This document shows, piece by piece, positions 45,684 through 54,773 of a DNA stretch of 64,000 bases. This DNA is from a virus. Its lineage: Duplodnaviria; Caudoviricetes. The position numbers and the translations under genes were made by a program. The stretch lies in the IMG/VR virus record IMGVR_UViG_3300026161_000447, positions 1 to 64,000 of that record, one strand, 5' to 3'. The notes below the pieces were generated by a model. That model saw only the letters and a program-made list of their open reading frames with translations. It did not search any database and had not been told where the DNA came from. The first letter of the stretch is position 1. Each line of letters opens with the position of its first letter.

Positions 45684-46070
45684 ATGCCGCAGATTGCCAA
45701 GCTCTACTACGCCCCGGCCGTCCCCAACCACTGGGTGGCCGAGGACACCGACGGCGCCTTGTGGCTGCTGCCGGTGTCCCCGCTGTCGCCCCGCGCGTGG
45801 GAGGCCCGTAGGCCCTACCACGGGAACTACGAGCTCACACCCGTAGTCCCCCAGAGCATCAAGGACCACTACCAGCCGCAGTCGGCGCACAAGCTCCTGC
45901 GCGTGGGCGGGGCCGCCGCCCGCGCCGACTGCAGCGACGTCACGATACGCACCGCGGCCGACCGCGGGGACTTGCCGGTTGCGTCCTACATCGGCAAGCG
46001 CCGGGAACGCCGATTCCGGCCGGAAGACGTCGACGCCTGGATGGCTGGCAAGCGGGGTGACGACCAGTGA
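45684..46070 (+). CDS. Protein with a C-terminal excisionase/MerR-like HTH
   Basis: AGGAGGAG SD. LLRVGGAAARADCSDVTIRTAADRGDLP...RRFRPEDVDAWM. Confidence 0.7.
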   Translation: MPQIAKLYYAPAVPNHWVAEDTDGALWLLPVSPLSPRAWEARRPYHGNYELTPVVPQSIKDHYQPQSAHKLLRVGGAAARADCSDVTIRTAADRGDLPVASYIGKRRERRFRPEDVDAWMAGKRGDDQ

Positions 46071-46660
46071 GCATTGTCATCGAACGCTCGGGAAGCTACA
46101 TCACTGTCGTAGCCCCCTTCCACCCCGCGTGGAAGGCCGCGGCCCGCGACCTCGGCGGCCGCTGGCTTGCCAAGCAGAGGGCCTGGGAGTTCGACATCCG
46201 CGACGAGCCCCGCGTTCGCGAGGTCCTCGTCGACATCTACGGGACCACCGGTGACGACGCGCCCGAGCTCGTGGACGTGGAATATGAGCTGTCCACCAGC
46301 GAGGGCAGTCGGCAGACGCTCTACGCAGTTGGCCGCGAGCTTGCGCACCGCCCCGGACGCGATAACCCCGTGCGGCTCGGGAACAAGGTCGGCGTCCTCC
46401 GCGGAGGGTTCCCGGCAAACGGCGGAAGCCGTAATGGCCCCAAGCTCGAGCCGTTTGCGGGTACGGTGCTGATCGTCCGCGACGTCCCTCGCCGCCTGGC
46501 CGACGAGGTCGTGACCACCGGTCAGATCACGATCCTTGACGCAACGACCGCCGCCGGGCCGCGAAAGGCCCCGCCGGCGGTAGACCGCAAGGTCTTGGCC
46601 GCAGAGCGCGAGAGGCTCCTCCGCCGTCTGGCGGAGATCGAGAAGCTGTTGGGCGAGTAG
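46067..46660 (+). CDS. Hypothetical phage protein
   Basis: VVAPFHP...LGGRW....AWEF motif of a kind seen in mobile-element proteins. GTGA coupling. Confidence 0.7.
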   Translation: MSIVIERSGSYITVVAPFHPAWKAAARDLGGRWLAKQRAWEFDIRDEPRVREVLVDIYGTTGDDAPELVDVEYELSTSEGSRQTLYAVGRELAHRPGRDNPVRLGNKVGVLRGGFPANGGSRNGPKLEPFAGTVLIVRDVPRRLADEVVTTGQITILDATTAAGPRKAPPAVDRKVLAAERERLLRRLAEIEKLLGE

Positions 46661-46685
46661 ACAACAAGAGCCGCCCGGAGGCGGC

Positions 46686-47030
46686 ATGGAGGGGCATACC
46701 ATGAAGGCCACAGAGTACAAAGAGCCGGAATGGCAGGAGCTGATCGCCGCGAAGACCGAGTTCGCTATCGACGCGCCGGGCGACTGGTGGCCGCACGCCT
46801 ACTGCCTCTGGCGGATGTTCGCGACCGTCTACGCCGAGGCGGGGGCCGTCACGGTCGAGGCCGTGGACGCCTACTGCCTTAAGCACTACGGCCACGGTGA
46901 TGGCCTGGAGGACCCCGTGGCACAGGGCGTCGAGGAGTGGGTGCAACGCGCGTTGGGACCCGACGGAACGGCCAGCGCAGGCCACCTGCGCGCCGCCTAC
47001 GCTGAGTGGCTCGCACACAGGGGGCAATAG
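46686..47030 (+). CDS. Hypothetical protein
   Basis: SD-preceded ATG. Confidence 0.6.
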   Translation: MEGHTMKATEYKEPEWQELIAAKTEFAIDAPGDWWPHAYCLWRMFATVYAEAGAVTVEAVDAYCLKHYGHGDGLEDPVAQGVEEWVQRALGPDGTASAGHLRAAYAEWLAHRGQ

Positions 47031-47032
47031 CT

Positions 47033-47776
47033 ATGGCCGACTCACTGCACCCTAGACTCGCCCTCTGGGTGCGCCACGCGCTGGAGGCTCCAATGGCGCA
47101 GGCCACCGTGAACCTCTGGAACACCGACAACATGAGCCAGTGGTTCCACGAGCTGCAGGTACGGGGGTTCCGTGCCTATTGGGCTCAGAGTGGCGCATGG
47201 ATTGCCAACCACTGCAGCATCGCCGACTTCGGGCAATGCCTCCGCGGACTGAATATCACTATCCCCCTCGGCTATGCCCGGAGCACCAGCCCCGCTGACA
47301 TCTGGCTGGCGTGGATTCACGAGGGGCTCTTCTTGATGGCCGAGACCAGCGAGGCCGTCCTCCGCGAGCTTATCGGCACTTGCCTGCGCTTCCCCGTCGT
47401 GGACGCAGGCGAACACGAGGTCATCGTCGACGAGGCGTTTGTCGACGAGGTCTGCGGCCACTTCCGCTTCAGCGAGAAGCCGCCCCTCACCGGCATCGAG
47501 ATCGCGGAGGGGACCCGCGACGCCGACCCACGGTGGACGCGCTACAACGTGTTCATGACCTTCGGCGACGGCCGATGCGAGCAGTCCACGCCCATTGCCA
47601 TCAACCGCGCGGCGCGCATGGCCGTCAGCGGCCGCGTGCCCGTGGTCGTCGACGACACCACCCGCCATGACATCGACGCCTGGCTCGAGGCACTACCGGA
47701 GGAGCACCGGGCCTGGTACCACCAGCCCCCGGCGTGGACGCGCACGCCACCGGCCGTCGACTGGGTGTGCCACTGA
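47033..47776 (+). CDS. Hypothetical protein (247 aa)
   Basis: Coupled to the integrase by TGATG. Confidence 0.65.
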   Translation: MADSLHPRLALWVRHALEAPMAQATVNLWNTDNMSQWFHELQVRGFRAYWAQSGAWIANHCSIADFGQCLRGLNITIPLGYARSTSPADIWLAWIHEGLFLMAETSEAVLRELIGTCLRFPVVDAGEHEVIVDEAFVDEVCGHFRFSEKPPLTGIEIAEGTRDADPRWTRYNVFMTFGDGRCEQSTPIAINRAARMAVSGRVPVVVDDTTRHDIDAWLEALPEEHRAWYHQPPAWTRTPPAVDWVCH

Positions 47777-49257
47777 TGTTCCGCGTCTACACCTATGTTC
47801 GCGTCAGTACCCGTGAGCAGGCCGAGGAGGGCGCCTCCCTTGACGCCCAGGAGGCCGCCTGCCGGGCCTATGCCCTTGACCTCGGCGCTACGAGCATCGA
47901 GGTCTTCCGCGACGAGGGCAAGTCCGGCTCGAGCCTCAAGCGGCCGGCGATGCAGGAACTCATCCGGGGCGTCAGAGACGGCGGTTGCGAAGCCGTGGTC
48001 GTCTGGAAGCTCGACCGCCTAAGCCGCTCCGTCGCCGACTGGAGCTACCTGTTCCGGCTCCTCACCGAGCACCAGGTGGGCTTCGCGTCGGCGACGGAGC
48101 GCATCGACGCCACGACGCCCTTCGGCAAGGCCATGCTCTCGATCCTCTCCGTCTTCGCCGAGCTCTTCTTGGACATCCTGCGGGAGAACGTGCGGTCGGC
48201 GCTGGCGCACATCGCCGGCACCGGCCGCCGCCCCACGGGCGTCGTCTATGGCTACCGCCGCCAGGACGGCCACCTCGTGTCTGACCCGCACCAGGCGGAG
48301 ATCGTCCGCGAGGTCTTCCGCCGCTTCGTCGCCGGCGAGTCGATGGCCGCCATCGGCCGCGACCTCCAGGCCCGACGTGTTGACACCAAGCGCAAGGGCA
48401 AGTTCTGGGATGCCACGGCCATCCGCGACATCCTCCGCAATCCCGTGTATGCCGGGAAGATCACCCACAGGGGGGAGGTGCTTGAGGGCACGCATGAGGC
48501 ACTGGTGTCGGACGACGAGTGGGAGAACGCGAGGGCACTGCGCGAGGGGCGCGCCCGCAATCGCGGCCAGGCGGTAGCGCACTTCAGTGCCCTGTGCCGT
48601 TGCGGCCTCTGCGGGGGCTACATGGCGGCGATGACGGTGCAGCGCTCGAAACGTGACGGCTCGCACCTGGACTACTACCTCAACTGCGGGGAGCGGTTCC
48701 GCGTGCCGCCCTCCGACCGCCACCCCGGTGTGGGTATCGCCGAACTCAAGCTGTCGGCTGTGCTCTGGCGCCACACGGAACTGCTGCTGCAGTCGCGAGA
48801 CCTCTCCGCGGCCGTCAGGCAGCAACACTCCGAGCACGACGATGACAGCAAGGCCATCGAGCGGCGCATCGCCGACCTGGACGAGCTTTGCCGGCAGAAC
48901 CTCGCCATGTACCGTCAGAAGCTCCTGAGCTTCGAGGCCCTGCAGGCCGAAAACGGGCCGTACATCGAGGAGCAGGAACGCCTGAAGGTATTGCTCTCGG
49001 AGAGGGGAAGGCAACAGGCGGCCAGTCTGCAGCAGGCGGCGGCCGTGCGGCCGAGGAGTGTCGCGGGTTTCGTGAAGCAGATGAGGGGGAGGCCCGTCGA
49101 GGAGCAAGTGCTGTTCTTAGGAGCGCTGTACCGACAGGTGGACGTCTACCGAGGCCACATCGTGATCCACTACCAGGGCGACATCCTGCCAGCGGCCACC
49201 CGCTCCACCGCCTTCCGCTATGCCCCACGGCTGGGCATCACGGACGTCGGCTTCTAG
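47776..49257 (+). CDS. int: Large serine recombinase (integrase)
   Basis: YVRVST (catalytic Ser), DEGKSG...RP, VWKLDRLSR, recombinase domain (LRNPVYAG), Zn ribbon CGLCGG and coiled coil. Confidence 0.95.
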   Translation: MFRVYTYVRVSTREQAEEGASLDAQEAACRAYALDLGATSIEVFRDEGKSGSSLKRPAMQELIRGVRDGGCEAVVVWKLDRLSRSVADWSYLFRLLTEHQVGFASATERIDATTPFGKAMLSILSVFAELFLDILRENVRSALAHIAGTGRRPTGVVYGYRRQDGHLVSDPHQAEIVREVFRRFVAGESMAAIGRDLQARRVDTKRKGKFWDATAIRDILRNPVYAGKITHRGEVLEGTHEALVSDDEWENARALREGRARNRGQAVAHFSALCRCGLCGGYMAAMTVQRSKRDGSHLDYYLNCGERFRVPPSDRHPGVGIAELKLSAVLWRHTELLLQSRDLSAAVRQQHSEHDDDSKAIERRIADLDELCRQNLAMYRQKLLSFEALQAENGPYIEEQERLKVLLSERGRQQAASLQQAAAVRPRSVAGFVKQMRGRPVEEQVLFLGALYRQVDVYRGHIVIHYQGDILPAATRSTAFRYAPRLGITDVGF

Positions 49258-49263
49258 GCAACC

Positions 49264-49313
49264 TGTATGCAGTGCTCGTGGAACTCGTTCCACATCCACA
49301 AGCACTGCATACA
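49264..49313. other. Candidate attP site
   Basis: 50-bp imperfect inverted repeat: 13-bp perfect outer arms TGTATGCAGTGCT/AGCACTGCATACA, then GTGGA/TCCAC, with a central TT. Lies 6 nt after the integrase stop. Confidence 0.7.
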
Positions 49314-49337
49314 AAGGGCGCGAGCCCCTGGGGCCCT

Positions 49338-50087
49338 TCACCTCACATAGACCTTGTTCCCGCTCTTCAGCATGGAGGCGTTGACCACATGCCCCAGGCC
49401 CGTCAGCAGGGCCCGGACGTCCGTGGTCACGAGCTTGCCGTCGTCGCCGACGTAGCCCTCGGCCAGCAGCCGGCCGTCGGCGTGCAGTATCCTCACCGTC
49501 GAGCTCGGCAGTGCCCTGGCGGCCTTTGCCGCCGTCTCCTGCCACAGGTCGTACCCCTCGCAGGTCCGCCCCTCCAGCAGACAGCAAGTCACGTCAGTCG
49601 CCTCGAAGTGCATCGGGTCCAGGTACTCCGGAGCCCAGATGCCCCCCCACGTGAAACCCCATTGGAAGAACACGCGAGACAGCTCGGTGAGAGCGGAGGA
49701 CACCTGGTCGGGCTTGCAGTGGTAGTTCGTGCCTGGGCCGCGGACGTCCTTGCCGCCCTGGCGGACCTGTGAGACGTTGAGGTCCATGGCCACGCCCCAC
49801 GAGTGCGGGGAGAGTGCCGAACTGCCCCTGACGGTGCGGTAACAGTAGGTGCCACCGTAATCCCCGACGTCGACGAGCTTCGGGAGGCCGAGATCGCGGA
49901 TGTCGGAGAAGACGCCGACATAGGCGTCGGCGACGCGCCGGTGCACACTCACCGGTCTGTCGAGCACGGGGAGCCTGACCGTCGTGAGGTGGTCATCGCC
50001 GGGTGGCCCGAACCACTCGGTCATCGCCTTGTTGCGGGTCAGCGGCCGGGGGAGCCCGCGGCGGCCATCATCTGTGTATACCGGCAT
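49338..50087 (-). CDS. Endolysin, M15-family peptidase with a C-terminal binding domain
   Basis: YGGTYCYR, SPHSWGVAMDLN and WGGIW...DPMHFE. AAGGAG SD before ATG at 50087. Confidence 0.9.
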   Translation of the reverse strand: MPVYTDDGRRGLPRPLTRNKAMTEWFGPPGDDHLTTVRLPVLDRPVSVHRRVADAYVGVFSDIRDLGLPKLVDVGDYGGTYCYRTVRGSSALSPHSWGVAMDLNVSQVRQGGKDVRGPGTNYHCKPDQVSSALTELSRVFFQWGFTWGGIWAPEYLDPMHFEATDVTCCLLEGRTCEGYDLWQETAAKAARALPSSTVRILHADGRLLAEGYVGDDGKLVTTDVRALLTGLGHVVNASMLKSGNKVYVR

Positions 50088-50445
50088 TGGTCTCAACTCC
50101 TTCCATGCCCATCTCCTCACCGGCGCGCCGGCCCCTCAGAAGCACCTCCACGTCCGGCGCTGGCCCCTCGGTGGCATTGCGCACCGCCGCCGTGAGCCGC
50201 AGGCAGAGCGCCTCGCGGTCGGTGCCCTCAGGCACGGTGACCGTGATCCGGCCGTACACGCTCCGGTCCCCGGACGGGACCCCCGGCGTGCCCGTTAGTT
50301 TCGGGTACCACCAACGTGCAGACCATGGTGCGTCCCCCAGCACCTCGGCGACGACGGCCTCGATGGTGCCGGGTACGCGGTGGAGGTTGCTGTCCGGGCT
50401 GCACTGCTCGACGGTGGCGCGTGGGTCGGCGAAGGTCCAGTTCAT
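50068..50445 (-). CDS. Hypothetical protein
   Basis: GGAGG SD, ATGA coupling to the methyltransferase. Confidence 0.55.
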   Translation of the reverse strand: MNWTFADPRATVEQCSPDSNLHRVPGTIEAVVAEVLGDAPWSARWWYPKLTGTPGVPSGDRSVYGRITVTVPEGTDREALCLRLTAAVRNATEGPAPDVEVLLRGRRAGEEMGMEGVETNAGIHR

Positions 50446-51488
50446 GTTGCTGCCTCCAGGTCGAGCGCGGGCTGGTGGGCGCGGCGGGCGGCTGCTATGC
50501 GGGCCTCGGCGATGGCGACGTACTCCGGCTCCCGCTCGATGCCGATGAAGTGGCGGCCGGTCTCGACGCAGGCGACCTCCGCAGACCCCAAGCCAGAGCA
50601 CGGGACCACGACGGTGTCATTCTCGTTGCTGCTGGCCTGGATGATCCGGCGCATGATCTCCAGCGGCTTCTGCGCCACGTGGGCCGTCTGCCCGTTGACC
50701 TTCACCCGCTCAGCACCGGCGCATATCGGCACGTCCCAAACATCGGTCACCCCCTGCTGCGGGTTGAATGTGTAGCGGAGGTCCTCGTACTCTCGGCGGA
50801 GGTCCTCCCAGGGTCGCACGAGGTACGGACCGGACCCGTTGCTGCGAGAGTTGAAGAGATCGCGGAGCCATTGATAGTTGTCTGCAGTTGGGCAGGCCCA
50901 TTGCGAGCGCAGAAACCAGTGCCTGGCCATGCCCGTGATAGTGCGCGTCCCCGTGCGCTGCTGGAATGCCTCGGCTATGTCGCGCACCGACACCCCCGCC
51001 CTCTCTCGCTCCGCATTGAGGTACGCCCGGATGGTGTTGTCTTCTCGCGTCACTCCGTCCCATGCGAGGGCGCTGATGTCTACCCGCTCGCGGGCGTAGT
51101 ACAGGCCGTGCTCCGTGGTGACCGGCCACATGCGCCCGTTGTCGTAGCTGTAGCGGTACCCTGGCTTCGTCCACGTGACCGCCTGCCTGTAGGCCCACCC
51201 TCCGCCCATCGCGTCCAGGTCCACCTTGAGCGCCGCCAGCGACTCGAACGTGCCGAACACATACATGCTGCAGTTGTCCCGGAGCACGCGCGACAGTTGC
51301 TCCCAGAGCGGTCGGTACCACTCGCGAAAGGCGTCCCATGAGTCGAACTTGTCCCAGTCGGCCTTGCGCATGTTGTAGGGACCGTCAACGATGGCGAGCA
51401 CGGCGCACCCGTCCGGCAACAGGCGCAGGGTCTCGACGGCATCGCCGCACACCACGGTATCCAGCCACCTACTCAGGTCTGCTGTCAC
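50442..51488 (-). CDS. Beta-class DNA amino-methyltransferase with an inserted HTH-like domain
   Basis: VCGDA, IVDGPYN (DPPY variant), HVAQKP, VVPCSGLGS (FxGxG variant) and FIGIERE. Confidence 0.85.
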   Translation of the reverse strand: MTADLSRWLDTVVCGDAVETLRLLPDGCAVLAIVDGPYNMRKADWDKFDSWDAFREWYRPLWEQLSRVLRDNCSMYVFGTFESLAALKVDLDAMGGGWAYRQAVTWTKPGYRYSYDNGRMWPVTTEHGLYYARERVDISALAWDGVTREDNTIRAYLNAERERAGVSVRDIAEAFQQRTGTRTITGMARHWFLRSQWACPTADNYQWLRDLFNSRSNGSGPYLVRPWEDLRREYEDLRYTFNPQQGVTDVWDVPICAGAERVKVNGQTAHVAQKPLEIMRRIIQASSNENDTVVVPCSGLGSAEVACVETGRHFIGIEREPEYVAIAEARIAAARRAHQPALDLEAAT

Positions 51489-52189
51489 TCTGCAGTCGCC
51501 TCCTGGATGTCAAGCGCGGGCTGGTGGGCACGGCGGGCGGCGGCTATGCGCTGCTCTGCGATGGCACAGTACCCGGCGTCGCGCTCGATGCCGATGAAGT
51601 GACGGCCGGTCTCGACGCAGGCAACGGCCGTGGTGCCGCTGCCCAGGAACGGGTCGAGGACGGTGCCGCCTTCGGGACATGCCAGCGCGACAAGCCACCG
51701 CACAACCGACAGGGGCTTTTGGTGCGGATGCCCGGCTGCTTCAGTGTCGCGATTCGCACGAGGCGCCGAGGCTGTGCGATAGTCGGGACCACCGATGGGC
51801 TGCAGTTTGCCGTGCGCCAATATCGGTTCGAATCCATAGGACATCTGCCCACCAAACCTTGGCCGTGGGTCTGGCTTAACCCACAGGCACAGGCGCGCTC
51901 CAGGGAGCGCCTCCGATGCCGATACCAGACGCAACTGAGGGAGGAACATGATGATGGTTGGCGCAATGCGCTTCGCCTCACTCAGCCACTCGGTGCTCCA
52001 CTCATCCCAGTCCTCGCGCTCCAGGTGGGCGCTACAGTCAGACCCCGCTCCACACACCCCGCGTCGCCATGCTCCGGTGCCATATGGCGGGTCTGCGACT
52101 ACCGCGTCCACGCTTCTGTCCGGCAACTCCCTCAGCACGTCGATGCAGTCACCGCACACCACGCGATCCAGGTAGGCGTCAAGGCTCAT
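51485..52189 (-). CDS. Beta-class DNA amino-methyltransferase
   Basis: VCGDC, ADPPYG, HPHQKP, LDPFLGSGTT and FIGIERD. Confidence 0.92.
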   Translation of the reverse strand: MSLDAYLDRVVCGDCIDVLRELPDRSVDAVVADPPYGTGAWRRGVCGAGSDCSAHLEREDWDEWSTEWLSEAKRIAPTIIMFLPQLRLVSASEALPGARLCLWVKPDPRPRFGGQMSYGFEPILAHGKLQPIGGPDYRTASAPRANRDTEAAGHPHQKPLSVVRWLVALACPEGGTVLDPFLGSGTTAVACVETGRHFIGIERDAGYCAIAEQRIAAARRAHQPALDIQEATAE

Positions 52190-52535
52190 CGGTTCCTCCC
52201 AGGTGTCGTCTGTTTGCAGCCTCCCGCAACGGCGCGAAGGCCTCCAGCAGCCGGTGGGCCTCGGCGACCTCCTCCGGCGTGTACATCTGCTCGCCGCGTG
52301 CACGGGCGGCGCGGAGGGCCTTGAGCTTGCGGGTGAAGGCGTCGGAGGGCGCCTCCGGCGTCGCCAACCTCCGCGCACCGTACAGCGCCTCCAGGTACCT
52401 GCGCGGGTCTACCACCCCCGCCATGGTGCAGGCGGCGAGATGCTCGGCGTCGCCGAGCTCGCGGTCACGCATTGTGCACACCGTCCCCGACCAGTCTTGC
52501 GAGAGGCGGCGGGCTACTGCTGCTCGGTAGGGCAT
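52179..52535 (-). CDS. Hypothetical protein
   Basis: Fills the gap in the operon. Start uncertain. Confidence 0.45.
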   Translation of the reverse strand: MPYRAAVARRLSQDWSGTVCTMRDRELGDAEHLAACTMAGVVDPRRYLEALYGARRLATPEAPSDAFTRKLKALRAARARGEQMYTPEEVAEAHRLLEAFAPLREAANRRHLGGTDEP

Positions 52536-53128
52536 GGCCTGCTCCTCACCCGTCGCTCCAACCACGCACGCCACCCCATGCGGCAGGGACGCTCGCTCTT
52601 GTCTCCGTCGTCGGGCCCCAACGTGCAGTGGCGGTACTCGGAGTAGCTCTGCATCGGGCACGTGGTGCAGCCCCCGTCGCTCACAAGGTCGATGAGCTCT
52701 TGCAGGCAGGCGGCGTCCGTCTGGCGTTGCTCGGCGGTGGCCTGCAGGACAGGGGTGTCGCCGGTGGCCTCGGCGGCGAGGAGGGCATCGAGGCGTCGGT
52801 GGTAGGCGGTGCCGCTGACCGTGGTAGGCGGTGCGTACTCACCGTCCGTGCTGCTCGCGCTGTAGGTCTCTGGCGGGTCGTGGCACTCCTGCGGCGCGCA
52901 CTCGTCCATCAGGTCGGTGAGTTCCTGCAGGTCTCGGAGCGCCGAGGCCTCCTCCGGGTGATCGCGCTCAAAGCGGTCGAGGATGGTGCGGCCTCGGTTG
53001 GCGAGGGTGGGCTCCTGCACCGGCATGGCGTACCACGGCCCGCCCTCCGGCGCGTTCGTGGTCAGCGTGTAGGGCACAGGCGCCGGTGGGTTGCCGTTGG
53101 CGTCGAGGACCTGGAGGTAGTTACTCAC
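52514..53128 (-). CDS. Hypothetical protein with C-terminal Cys cluster
   Basis: GTGA coupling; CTTCP...C...C. Confidence 0.55.
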   Translation of the reverse strand: MSNYLQVLDANGNPPAPVPYTLTTNAPEGGPWYAMPVQEPTLANRGRTILDRFERDHPEEASALRDLQELTDLMDECAPQECHDPPETYSASSTDGEYAPPTTVSGTAYHRRLDALLAAEATGDTPVLQATAEQRQTDAACLQELIDLVSDGGCTTCPMQSYSEYRHCTLGPDDGDKSERPCRMGWRAWLERRVRSRPCPTEQQ

Positions 53129-53502
53129 CACAGCCTCACCCCGTATCGCAGATACCCGAGCACCTCGCGCGCGGTCCCGTCCGTGGGCTGCGTGAGCGTC
53201 GCGCCGATGCGTAGCCCGTCGTCTGTCTGCCACTTCTGCAGGCTCACGCTGGCGCCGATGGCCTCGTCGCCACCGACGGTCAGCGCGTCGACGAATGCAA
53301 GATGCTCGCCAAGCACCGGGACCCACTTGGGTAGCGTGGTGCCGATGCTGACAGAGAGCCCGAGGTCCACGGTGCTGTTGAGTGCAGTCACGCTGCCGCC
53401 TTCGACGACGAGGGCCGGTGGCTCTGGCTCCGAAACGTCAGCCGCCCCGGCTGCGGTAGCCGAGGCGGCGAGGAGAGACAGAAGGAGCAGAGCGGTGCGC
53501 AC
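53125..53502 (-). CDS. Signal-peptide-bearing beta-strand protein in the lysis region
   Basis: MRTALLLLSLLAASATAAGA-A signal, about six amphipathic strands, C-terminal YLRYGVRLW. Confidence 0.7.
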   Translation of the reverse strand: MRTALLLLSLLAASATAAGAADVSEPEPPALVVEGGSVTALNSTVDLGLSVSIGTTLPKWVPVLGEHLAFVDALTVGGDEAIGASVSLQKWQTDDGLRIGATLTQPTDGTAREVLGYLRYGVRLW

Positions 53503-53987
53503 TACTCATCACCGCCCGGCCTGTCGGCGTGGAAGGATTCCCGTAGGCTGCCAATCTTGTCTGCGAAGCCAATGGCCTCGGCGACGGCGGTTGCTGGCGC
53601 GGAGAGGGCCGCGAGCTGTGCTTCCAGGGCGGCGATGCGGGCGTTGGCGGCAGTGAGCTCGTTGGTGAGTGTGGCGACCTTGCCCATTGTCGTATCGCGG
53701 ACGGCCAGTGCTACCTCGATGTCCTTGGCGTCGATGCGAAGGCGCTTCGCGAGCGGTTGGTCCAAGGCCCACTCAAGTTTCTGCCAGCCGGCTGCTCCGG
53801 ACAATTCGCGGTCTGCCGCTTCGATGAGTTTCAGTGCCACTGGGCCGAGTAGAGGGACCTTCTGGCTGGCCGCCCAAGCGCGGAGGGCGTCAAGCCCACC
53901 GGCCTTCCAGGCTCCGATGAGCACCGCCGCCAATGCCAGCACGAGGCGCACCACGAAGTCCGTCATTTCTTGTGTCCACCATTCCAT
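53502..53987 (-). CDS. Holin-like protein (LL-H-like)
   Basis: One N-terminal TM helix, IEAAD..G..GWQKLEWAL..IEVAL, then a coiled coil. Confidence 0.6.
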   Translation of the reverse strand: MEWWTQEMTDFVVRLVLALAAVLIGAWKAGGLDALRAWAASQKVPLLGPVALKLIEAADRELSGAAGWQKLEWALDQPLAKRLRIDAKDIEVALAVRDTTMGKVATLTNELTAANARIAALEAQLAALSAPATAVAEAIGFADKIGSLRESFHADRPGGDE

Positions 53988-54025
53988 GATCTACACCCCT
54001 CTTGCCGGTGTCCCCGGCTAGTGAT

Positions 54026-54316
54026 CTACTGCCCGCCGACCCTCTCCGAGAGCCGGTCGATCTTGATCTCGATGCGGTCCAAGCGCTTCTCGATCCCCGC
54101 CATCTGCTCATCGTGCAGTTCCCGCTGGACGTATGTCCCGTCCAGCTCCACTCTCGTGTGGTGCACATTGCAGTCGCGGGTATGCGAGTCTACACGTGTC
54201 CATGCTGCTGCCCCGCCCACGAGCAATAGGACGAGCGTGAGAATGAAGGGTGGCGAAACCAGGGCTCGCCACCAACCTGAGTAGCCGTTGCCGTTCGTGC
54301 TGCCGTTCGCTGCCAT
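54026..54316 (-). CDS. Single-TM coiled-coil membrane protein (lysis-associated)
   Basis: TM segment PFILTLVLLLVGGAAAW and C-terminal IEKRLDRIEIKIDRL. Confidence 0.65.
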   Translation of the reverse strand: MAANGSTNGNGYSGWWRALVSPPFILTLVLLLVGGAAAWTRVDSHTRDCNVHHTRVELDGTYVQRELHDEQMAGIEKRLDRIEIKIDRLSERVGGQ

Positions 54317-54388
54317 GTGCGGTTGCCCCCAGAACTGGCGAAGCCCGCCGAAGTGGCGGGCCGCGGGGTCGTGCGTCTCGTTGTATCG

Positions 54389-54772
54389 CTACGCGTCCAG
54401 GTGTCGATGCAGGGGCTCGCCTGGCGGCGCCACCACCTCCCATGCGGTCTGCCCGTCTGTCGCCCGCCACAGCCACAGCCCGGGCTCCTCGCGCCGCACC
54501 CATCGCAGGCTGGTCTCCGATGTCACAGCCCCAGTCGCAAGGCCCTTGCGGGTGATGAGAGACTGCCCGCACACCAGCCGGCAGCCGTCCGCCTCCAGCG
54601 CCACCGCCACGTGGCCGAGCATCACAGCCGCCACGGTGATCCTGCGCCCGCTCTCGGCTGCGAGGCGCTCTAGGGCCGCCCAGGGGCTGCAGTCGTCGGC
54701 GCGCAGGGCAGGCTCCGTCATGGTCCAGCCCGTACCGTCGTCCAGCGTCGCCAGCCAGCCGTCGAGTGCCAC
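54389..54772 (-). CDS. Hypothetical protein
   Basis: Immediately follows the upstream stop. Confidence 0.55.
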   Translation of the reverse strand: MALDGWLATLDDGTGWTMTEPALRADDCSPWAALERLAAESGRRITVAAVMLGHVAVALEADGCRLVCGQSLITRKGLATGAVTSETSLRWVRREEPGLWLWRATDGQTAWEVVAPPGEPLHRHLDA

Positions 54773-54773
54773 G

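Noticed and set aside
45257-46690. AC-rich stretch plus small GC hairpin before SDs (45304-45325, 46661-46685) as possible nut/CsrA sites
   Set aside because: Only two or three short, dissimilar instances. Not distinguishable from chance in GC-rich DNA.
51815-51845. GGTTCGAATCC, resembling a tRNA T-loop
   Set aside because: Lies inside the methyltransferase CDS, with no cloverleaf around it.
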